From positions 992,001-1,056,000 of the forward strand of contig CAWDVE010000010.1 of NCBI GenBank assembly GCA_963805625.1: DNA of 64,000 bases. Reading direction: 5' to 3'. A program made the translations under genes and the position numbers. This DNA is from an uncultured Candidatus Rokubacteria bacterium. GTDB taxonomy: Bacteria; Methylomirabilota; Methylomirabilia; Rokubacteriales; DASRDR01. Below the pieces are notes generated by a model. It was given only the letters and a program-made list of their open reading frames with translations. It did not search any database and was not told where the DNA came from. Positions 56,976 to 64,000 of the stretch are shown piece after piece. Numbering within the stretch: the stretch's first letter is position 1; every line of letters starts with the position of its first letter.

Positions 56976-57812
56976 GTGGCGTCCGAACGGATCATCGACT
57001 GTCACGCCCACATCATCGACCCAGCGCGGTTCCCGTTTCCCGACGGACCCGGCTACAAGCCCCGGCCGGACGAGACGGGGACCCGCGAGGCGTTCGGCGC
57101 CATGCTGGATCAGCTCGGCGCCCCGCACGCGCTGCTCGTCCAGCCGAGTGGCTACGGCGTCGACAACGCGGCGATGCTCGACGCGATGGCCGCCAGCCCC
57201 GGCCGCTTCAAGGCGATCGCGGTGGTAGACCCTGAGGCCAGCGACCGGACGCTCGAAGGGCTCTCGGACGCTGGCGTCGTGGGGGTGCGGTTCAACCTGC
57301 CGAGCTATGACCCCGGCGCCCTCAGCCGTCCCGAAGCGCCGATCCTCCTCGATCGGCTCCGGGCGCTGGGCCTGTTCGCCCAGGTCTACGCGAACGACGC
57401 CCAGTGGGCGGAGGTCGCCCCGATCCTCCGCGCGAGCCGCGTGCGAGTCCTGGTCGACCACTTCGGCGTCCACGACCTCGCGGGCGGCGTGGCCCAGCCC
57501 GGGTTCCGGGCCGTCCTCGCCCTCGGACGCGAAGGTCAGGCGACGGTCAAGCTCTCCGCCCCGTTCCGCCTCTCGTCTCGGCCCGACAGCTACGGCGACC
57601 TGGACCCGTTCGTCGAGGCCCTCCTCGGCGCGTTCGGGTCCGGCGCGTGCGTCTTCGGATCCGACTGGCCCTTCCTGGGCCTCCGTACGCGCCCCGACCT
57701 CGGCCAGGTGCTGCAGACTCTCGGACGCTGGCTGCCGGACGGACGCGACCGCCAGCGCGTCCTGTGGGACAATCCGTTCCGGCTCTTCGGCTTCCAGGAG
57801 GCGAGACCGTGA
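56976..57812 (+). CDS. Amidohydrolase_2 family (lactonase/PDC hydrolase-like)
   Basis: IDCHAH, VQPSGYGVDN, GVRFN, VDHFG, VKLSAP, FGSDWP; SD GGAGG before GTG 56976. Confidence 0.9.
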   Translation: MASERIIDCHAHIIDPARFPFPDGPGYKPRPDETGTREAFGAMLDQLGAPHALLVQPSGYGVDNAAMLDAMAASPGRFKAIAVVDPEASDRTLEGLSDAGVVGVRFNLPSYDPGALSRPEAPILLDRLRALGLFAQVYANDAQWAEVAPILRASRVRVLVDHFGVHDLAGGVAQPGFRAVLALGREGQATVKLSAPFRLSSRPDSYGDLDPFVEALLGAFGSGACVFGSDWPFLGLRTRPDLGQVLQTLGRWLPDGRDRQRVLWDNPFRLFGFQEARP

Positions 57813-58846
57813 CGGCTCGGGCCGGCCGCACGACGCCGCTCCGAATCGCGCTCGCGGGCGCGGGCATGATCAGCTGGTACCACCTGGTCGCGTGGCGCAA
57901 CGCCGGTGCCCGGGCGCGCGTGGTCGCCGTGTGCGATCCGGACCCGCGGCGTGCCTCGGCGCGGGCGGAGGAGTTCGGCATCGCGCGTGTCTACCAGGAC
58001 CCGGCGGCGATGCTCGCCGGCGAGACGATCGACGCCCTCGACGTCGCGTCCCCGCGCGAGACCCATGCCGCGTGGGTCGAGGCGGCGGCCGACCGTGGCA
58101 TCGACGTCCTCTGCCAGAAGCCGCTCACCCCCACCCTCGCCGAGTCCGAGGCCCTGGTGGAGCGCGTCGGCAGCCGGGTTCGCCTCATGGTCCACGAGAA
58201 CTGGCGGTTCCGGCCCTGGTATCGCGAGCTCAAGCGGTGGATCGCCGACGGGATGCTCGGCGAGATCGCGCTCGCCAGACTCTCCACCATCTCCTCCGGG
58301 TTCCTGCCCGATGCGAGCGGTCGCCGACCCGCATTGGTGCGCCAACCGTTTATGGCGCACGAGCCGCGCCTGCTGATCGCAGAGTCGCTGATCCACCACC
58401 TGGACACCATGCGCTTCTTCTGCGGCCCGCTGCGCGTCGTGGGCGCCCGTGCAAGCCGTACGCTCGTTGAGGTGGTCGGCGAGACGCAGGCGGCGATCTT
58501 CCTGGAGACCGCCGCGGGAGCGCCGGTCACCGTGATCGGCACCATGACCGCGCCCGGCTATCCGCCCCGCCCGCCCGACCGGCTCGAGCTGATCGGCAGC
58601 AAGGCCAGCGCGATCCTCGCCGACAACGAGCTGCGGCTTCTCGGGGTGAGCCCTCGCGCCGAGCGCTACGATCCGGACGCCGGCTACCAGGCGAGCTTCG
58701 ACGGCGTCATCACGCACTTCGTCGAGTGTCTCGAGACCGGCGTTCCGTTCGAGACGGGGCCGGCGGACAACCTGGAGACGCTCCGGCTGGTCGAGCACGC
58801 CTACTGGGCGGCCGGCCTCCACGGCGTGCCGCCAGTCCGCAGCTGA
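57809..58846 (+). CDS. Gfo/Idh/MocA family oxidoreductase
   Basis: AGAGMIS, CQKPL, VHENWRF, IHHLD; GTG overlaps the upstream TGA. Confidence 0.92.
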   Translation: MTARAGRTTPLRIALAGAGMISWYHLVAWRNAGARARVVAVCDPDPRRASARAEEFGIARVYQDPAAMLAGETIDALDVASPRETHAAWVEAAADRGIDVLCQKPLTPTLAESEALVERVGSRVRLMVHENWRFRPWYRELKRWIADGMLGEIALARLSTISSGFLPDASGRRPALVRQPFMAHEPRLLIAESLIHHLDTMRFFCGPLRVVGARASRTLVEVVGETQAAIFLETAAGAPVTVIGTMTAPGYPPRPPDRLELIGSKASAILADNELRLLGVSPRAERYDPDAGYQASFDGVITHFVECLETGVPFETGPADNLETLRLVEHAYWAAGLHGVPPVRS

Positions 58847-59904
58847 GCACCGGCCGATCGGGGCCGCGCCACGCCCGACACACGGAATGGCCGAAGACGG
58901 GGCGACGCGCTTTCTAGGACCGCGGTCGCCTGAACCTCGCGACGAGCCCGGCGGACGATGAGATCCGCAAACCGGGCGGTCGGGTCGAAGCCGATGACAG
59001 CCTCGGCGTTCGCGACGAAGTTGGACGTCGAGTTCACGTCGTAGTAGTAGACCCGGCCGTCGGCCTTCGAGACCAGGTACTCCACGCCGCCAACGTCGAT
59101 GGACGCTGCACGGGCAAGCCGGATCACCGTATCGATGGCCTCCGCCGGAGCGTCGAACCGGCCGACGGTCAGGCCGAGGGGCGCGCTTGCCGGGCACGCT
59201 CCGAGATCGGCGCGCGGCGTCGCCGCGCCAGCGGGTACCTGGCAGATGTCAGCCGGGCAGAGATTGAACCCGGCCTGCGCGTCACGAACGATGCGGATCG
59301 CATAGAGGTACTCGCCGCCGAGTACCTCGACGCGGACGATCGCGCCGTCTGCGGACTCGACGTACTCTTGGACCAGCGCCGTGCCGTCGGGACCGAGATC
59401 CAGGCGATCGACAGCCGACTCGAGCTCGGCCTTCGAATCCACGCGCAGGATCCCCGCCCCCGATCCCCCGACGTTCGGCTTGACGACCACCGGAAGCCGG
59501 AGCTTGTCGAGTGCCGCCAGGGCCTGGATCGGATGGTTCACGACGATGCTGCGGGGATAGCGGGCGCCGACCCGCTCGAAGAGACCGAGCTGGAGCGCCT
59601 TGGACTTCTCGAAGCGGTAGGCGGCAACGGGATTGACGACGGGGATCCCCTGGGACTCGTAGTGAGCCAGAAGAGCTTCAGCATAGAAGAGCACGCTCTT
59701 GTGGCCTCGCGTGTGGGAGGACGGGCTCGTGCGGTTGACGATCACCGAGTAGCGGGACCGGCGGTCGCGCGGGTCGAACGCGTGATTCGAGTGGTCGATC
59801 TTCTCCCAGGAAAGCCCTCGCCTGTCCAGCTCGTCGAGGAGCCGCCGAGACCACTCCGGGTGCTCGTCCAGGATGCCGATGGGACCAGCCAACGACCCCG
59901 TCAT
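58801..59904 (-). CDS. ATP-grasp ligase (RimK/glutathione synthetase-like)
   Basis: VVKPNVGGSGAGI, LVQEYV, FNLCPADIC, DVGGVEY, YDVNSTSNF. Confidence 0.85.
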   Translation of the reverse strand: MTGSLAGPIGILDEHPEWSRRLLDELDRRGLSWEKIDHSNHAFDPRDRRSRYSVIVNRTSPSSHTRGHKSVLFYAEALLAHYESQGIPVVNPVAAYRFEKSKALQLGLFERVGARYPRSIVVNHPIQALAALDKLRLPVVVKPNVGGSGAGILRVDSKAELESAVDRLDLGPDGTALVQEYVESADGAIVRVEVLGGEYLYAIRIVRDAQAGFNLCPADICQVPAGAATPRADLGACPASAPLGLTVGRFDAPAEAIDTVIRLARAASIDVGGVEYLVSKADGRVYYYDVNSTSNFVANAEAVIGFDPTARFADLIVRRARREVQATAVLESASPRLRPFRVSGVARPRSAGAQLRTGGTPWRPAAQ

Positions 59905-60120
59905 GTTCGAATCCTCTCGCTTATGATCATTTGTCGATCGGAATTAGGTATTTTTAGAATGCGCCCGGTAACGCCCGACTGTCAAGGAGGGATCAAATGC
60001 GACCCGGTCGAGTCCCGTTACGCCAATTGGGACAATGTCTTGCGGATCATCCGATTACAGCCAGGACCGAGATCGAATCAAGCACCGTAGCCGCGCGCCG
60101 GGGCCTGGCAATCGAAGCGG

Positions 60121-60885
60121 TCAGTCGAACGACGCCCGGACGGCCCCGAACGGGGTGAACCGGGTCTCGATCCGGTCCCCACGCGCGATCGGATACTGCT
60201 TCGTGAAGGAGCCCGACATGATCCGGTGCCCGGCCTCGATCCGGCGGCCGAACTCTGCGAGCTTGTTGGCGAGCCAGGTTACCGCCCCGACCGGGTGGCC
60301 CGTCTCCGCGCTCCCAACGGTATGATCGACCAGCCGGCCGTTGATGAGGACCTCCACCGTTGTCTGCGTTGGCTCCCATCCTGGCGGCAGGGGCATGGAC
60401 GGGCCGGTGACGAAGGCCTTCTGTTGTTCGTCGTCGGTGATCCCTAAAGAGACGTCGGCTCGGAAATCGCCCCGCCCCTCGATGATCTCGAACGCCGGCT
60501 GGACGGCCGTGATGGCGGCACGAGCTTGGGCGGGCGTGACACCGGGCCCCTGGAGGGGTACCCCTACGGTCAGGCAGAGCTCGTTCTCGAAGCCGGGCTC
60601 GATCAGCTCGCGATGCTGGAACAGGACCCCGGTGTCGCGGTGGCCGCTCTCGAGCAGGAACCCCAAGACCGGCTCGTGCATCCCGAACTGCCTCTGGATC
60701 ACCGGAGCCGTCAGACCGACCTTCCACCCCGTCAGCCGCTCGCCTCGCGCCACCCAGCGGTCGAGAAGCCCGAACTGCACCCGGTAGGCCTGCTCGACTG
60801 TCAGCCGGCCCTTCCACTCTGCCGGGAAGTAGCTCCGTCGCATGGTATGCGCCCAAATCGACTCCGTGACCGCCTCGATATCCAT
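60121..60885 (-). CDS. 2-keto-4-pentenoate hydratase-like (FAH superfamily)
   Basis: AYRVQ, GWKVGLT, EPGFENE, WLANKL, MSGSF. Confidence 0.88.
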   Translation of the reverse strand: MDIEAVTESIWAHTMRRSYFPAEWKGRLTVEQAYRVQFGLLDRWVARGERLTGWKVGLTAPVIQRQFGMHEPVLGFLLESGHRDTGVLFQHRELIEPGFENELCLTVGVPLQGPGVTPAQARAAITAVQPAFEIIEGRGDFRADVSLGITDDEQQKAFVTGPSMPLPPGWEPTQTTVEVLINGRLVDHTVGSAETGHPVGAVTWLANKLAEFGRRIEAGHRIMSGSFTKQYPIARGDRIETRFTPFGAVRASFD

Positions 60886-60954
60886 TCGGGTTCCTCTCCA
60901 TCTGATCGAACGGCCTTCGGCCCATGAAGTCGGACGGCATTCAACTCCTGACGG

Positions 60955-61731
60955 TCAACTCCCCAGGCGCGCGCGGGCCTCGCCGATCCGGCGGCGAGCC
61001 TCGGGCGCATACCAAGCGTCCACGAAGGCGCGGCGAAGTGGGGCAAGCGTCGCCCGCGCGCGCTCCACGGCAGGCCCCTTGAGGGCAGCCTTGATGGCCT
61101 CGAAGGCGGCGGTGGGCGCCGCCGCGAGCCGGCCACAGGTCTGGCGGGCTGCCTCGACGACGTCGCCGTCCACGACCTCCGAGATGAGCCCTCGCTCCAG
61201 GGCCGCACGCGAATCGACGAGCTCGCCCTCGTAGAGCGCCGCCTCGATCGACCGCGCCGGGACGGCGTGCCGGACGATCTCGAGCGCCGACGCCGGGAAC
61301 GGCACGCCCAGCCGGATCTCGTTCAGCCCGAACCGCCCGGCGCCCGCGCCCATCACCCGCGCGTCGCAGGCCAGCGCGAGCACGGCGCCGCCAGCCACCG
61401 CATGGCCGCCGAGGGCGGCCACTACGGGCCGAGGAAAGGCGAAGACGCGCAGCATGACCGTATCGAACCACGCCATGAACCCGTCCATGGCGTCCCGCTC
61501 GAGCCCGTACAAGGTCACGAGGTCGAGACCCGCCGAGAAGAACCGCTCGTAGCCCGTCAGGACGACGCCGCGCGCGTCCCCGCCCGCCGCCTCGTCGAGC
61601 GCGCGCTCGATGGCCGCGAGGCTTCGAGGGTTGAGCGCGTTGGCCTTGCCCGAGGTCAGACGGACCAGCGCCAGCCCGTCGCGCCACTCGACGCGGTACG
61701 GCACCGCGTCCCCGGTGATCCGCTCCGGCAT
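60955..61731 (-). CDS. Enoyl-CoA hydratase/isomerase family
   Basis: ANAL, FFSAGLDL, GHAVAGG, GLNEIRLG. Confidence 0.9.
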   Translation of the reverse strand: MPERITGDAVPYRVEWRDGLALVRLTSGKANALNPRSLAAIERALDEAAGGDARGVVLTGYERFFSAGLDLVTLYGLERDAMDGFMAWFDTVMLRVFAFPRPVVAALGGHAVAGGAVLALACDARVMGAGAGRFGLNEIRLGVPFPASALEIVRHAVPARSIEAALYEGELVDSRAALERGLISEVVDGDVVEAARQTCGRLAAAPTAAFEAIKAALKGPAVERARATLAPLRRAFVDAWYAPEARRRIGEARARLGS

Positions 61732-61744
61732 CCCGCCGGCCGCG

Positions 61745-62926
61745 TCAGCCTGGCCGGGCGGCGGCGAGGCCCGACTCGAGCCGCGTGAGACCCTCGGCCA
61801 GATCCTCATCCGAGGATGCGTAGGAAAGCCGCAGGAATCCCCCCGACCGCGGGCCGAAGGCCTCCCCCGGCGAAACCACCACCCGGTGCTCGAACAGGAG
61901 CCGCTCGGCCAGGCCGCGCGTGTCGTGCGTCACCGCCCGAACGTCGGGGAATGCGTAGAAGGCGCCATCGGGCCTCGGACAGCGCACCCCCGGGATCCGA
62001 CCGAGCCGCTCGACGACCAGGTCCCGGCGCCGCTGGTAGGCGCGCCGCATCGTCTCGACGCAGTCCTGAGGGCCGCGGACGGCCGCGAGGGCGGCGCGCT
62101 GGGTCGCGGAGTTCACGCACGAGACCATCTGCTCCTGGACGACCGCCATCACGCGCAGCATGGGCGCGGGACCGGTGAGATAGCCAATGCGCCAGCCCGT
62201 CATCGCATATTCCTTCGAGAAGGAGTGCACCGACACCGTGCGGTCGCGAAGCCCGGGGAAGGACGCCGGGCTCACGTTCCGGATGTCCCCGTACGTCAGC
62301 GCCCCGTACGTCTCGTCGGAGACGAGAAGCAGATCGTGCCGGACGCAGATGTCCGCGATCGCGTGCAGGAGGTCCCGCGGGTAGACGGCGCCCGTCGGGT
62401 TCGATGGGCTGTTGATCAGGATGGCCCGCGTGCGCGGCGTCACCGCCGCCCCCACATCCTCGGCGTGCGGCAGATACCCGCGCTCCGGATCGGTCCGGAC
62501 GAAGACCGGCCGGCCGCCCGCCAGGGTGATCTGTCCCTCGAAGTTCGTGTAGCTCGGGTCGGTGATCAGCACCTCGTCCCCCGGATCGATCCCGACCATG
62601 AACGTGAGCAGTAGCGCCTCCATGGCACCGACCGTCACGAACACCTCCGAGGCCGGATCGACCCGGTAGCCGTTGACCCGCTCGATCTTCTCCGCGATCG
62701 CCTCCCGGAGGTCGAGGTACCCCTCGTTCGGCGAGTACTTCGTGAAGCCGTCGTGGAGCGCCTGACAGGCCGCCTCGACGATGTGCGGGGGCGTCGCAAA
62801 GCCAGGCTCACCCACCGCCAGGCTGATCGCCCCGGGGACGTGGGGCGTCATGTCGAACATACGGCGGATGAGCGACGGGGGCACCGCCCGCGCCCGTGCG
62901 CTCACCCGGTCTGTCGTGCTCCCCAT
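61745..62926 (-). CDS. Aminotransferase class I/II (aspartate aminotransferase-like)
   Basis: VGEPGF, NSPSNPTG, SDETY, SFSKEYAMTGWRIGY. Confidence 0.93.
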   Translation of the reverse strand: MGSTTDRVSARARAVPPSLIRRMFDMTPHVPGAISLAVGEPGFATPPHIVEAACQALHDGFTKYSPNEGYLDLREAIAEKIERVNGYRVDPASEVFVTVGAMEALLLTFMVGIDPGDEVLITDPSYTNFEGQITLAGGRPVFVRTDPERGYLPHAEDVGAAVTPRTRAILINSPSNPTGAVYPRDLLHAIADICVRHDLLLVSDETYGALTYGDIRNVSPASFPGLRDRTVSVHSFSKEYAMTGWRIGYLTGPAPMLRVMAVVQEQMVSCVNSATQRAALAAVRGPQDCVETMRRAYQRRRDLVVERLGRIPGVRCPRPDGAFYAFPDVRAVTHDTRGLAERLLFEHRVVVSPGEAFGPRSGGFLRLSYASSDEDLAEGLTRLESGLAAARPG

Positions 62927-62953
62927 GAGGGCCTCCCTCGATGCGCGGTGGGG

Positions 62954-63301
62954 TCAGGCCCCCGCGATGACGGCGATCTCGACCAGGTAGCTCGGAGTCG
63001 CGAGCCGCGCCTCCACCGTGGCACGAGCCGGCGTGTGCCCCTTCTCGACCCACGCATCCCACGCCGCGTTCATGCCGTCGTAGTGGCGGATGTCCGACAC
63101 CCATACGTTGGCCCAGACGAGCTTGGACTTGTTGCTGCCGAAGTGCTTCAGCGCCTCGTCAATCTTGTGCAGGATCTGCTCGGTCTGACCCTTGGCGTCC
63201 AGCTTCGTGTCGTCGGCGACTGTGCCGGCCACGTAGATGGTGTCTCCGTGCTTGACGGCGGCCGAGAGGCGCGGTCCGACCTTGAAGCGATCGATGCTCA
63301 T
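62954..63301 (-). CDS. RidA family protein (YoaB-like)
   Basis: RLSAAVKHG, GQTEQIL, MNAAWDAW, PARATVEA, LVEIAV. Confidence 0.92.
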   Translation of the reverse strand: MSIDRFKVGPRLSAAVKHGDTIYVAGTVADDTKLDAKGQTEQILHKIDEALKHFGSNKSKLVWANVWVSDIRHYDGMNAAWDAWVEKGHTPARATVEARLATPSYLVEIAVIAGA

Positions 63302-63352
63302 CGGTGTCTCCTCCTGAGGGTAACGGTGAAGCTGCGAGTGCTCATTGGGACC

Positions 63353-64000
63353 TCAGCCGAACCAGAGGCGTTCGGCCGTCCCGCCCATGACGAGATCCAG
63401 CTCTTCCTTGGACAGAAACGTCGCCACCCGGGGCAGAAGGTGCCGGCTGCGGACGTAGCCGCACCCGGCCAGCACGTGGGGAAAGTCCGAGCCCCACATG
63501 CACCGCTCCGCGCCGAAGGCGCGCACCGCCGCCCCGGCAAACGGCAGGCCGTCTCGATACGGGTACCGCTCGGGGCACCAGTGGTGGAAGCCCGAGAGCT
63601 TGACGTGAACCTGCGGGTGACGGGCGAGGTCGAGCAGAGCCCGGAACGCCGGCTGGCCGAGCCCTTCCGCAGGCACCGGTGTGTTGAGATGGTCGACCAC
63701 GATCCGGAGCGACGGGAAGCGGGCCAGGAGCGGTGGCAACCGCCCGAGGTCCGTGCCCCCGTGGAGCACGCAGGCGATCGTGCCGGTCTCCGCCAGGGCC
63801 TCCCACAGCGGCAGGGTCTGGTCGGTCGCGAGCCAGGGGCCGCGGCCGGGCCGCTCGCCCGGCCTGAACGGGCGCAGGCGGATACCGGTCACGCCCTCGT
63901 CCCGCCAGCGCCTCAGGACCGCCGGAGCCTTCGCTCCCCTCGGGTCGATTACGCACACACCGCGGAAGCGGTCGGGGAAGCGGCGGAGGCACGACACCAT
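63353..64000 (-). CDS. Amidohydrolase_2 family protein (3' part; 5' end beyond window)
   Basis: GIRL, VDHL, VKLSG, WGSDFP, GGTAERL. Confidence 0.88.
   Translation of the reverse strand: MVSCLRRFPDRFRGVCVIDPRGAKAPAVLRRWRDEGVTGIRLRPFRPGERPGRGPWLATDQTLPLWEALAETGTIACVLHGGTDLGRLPPLLARFPSLRIVVDHLNTPVPAEGLGQPAFRALLDLARHPQVHVKLSGFHHWCPERYPYRDGLPFAGAAVRAFGAERCMWGSDFPHVLAGCGYVRSRHLLPRVATFLSKEELDLVMGGTAERLWFG

Overview
High-GC bacterial chromosomal window with about 50 CDS and no rRNA, intact tRNA, CRISPR array or intact mobile element. The gene repertoire (PF04392-type binding-protein paralogs, a zinc-ribbon/adenylate-cyclase/TPR gene, Bug/Tct transporters) suggests Candidatus Rokubacteria/Methylomirabilota; this is inference only. 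Content is mostly metabolism and transport: peptide and sugar ABC permease+SBP clusters lacking ATPases, a fused E1 alpha/beta dehydrogenase, miaB, AlaX, leuCD+LysR, prpB-prpD-tctCBA-glgP, ilvE, GGT, a K+ channel and several hydrolases/oxidoreductases. Most notable observations: (1) an 802-aa GAF protein whose C-terminal half maps motif by motif onto a cryptic, helix-inserted class III nucleotidyl cyclase; (2) a tandem triplet of amino-acid SBP genes whose leaders are decayed fragments of a GlnQ-type ABC ATPase gene, one carrying an insertion that creates a TATAAT box; (3) an operon pairing a stand-alone 6-TM half-MFS gene with a 6-TM MFS/spermidine-synthase fusion; (4) a eukaryote-like cysteine dioxygenase with Cys93/Tyr157 equivalents; (5) a secreted DNRLRE-collagen-Gly-rich protein; (6) many gene remnants and several apparently leaderless genes. 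All family calls come from motif recognition by eye; no database searches were run.
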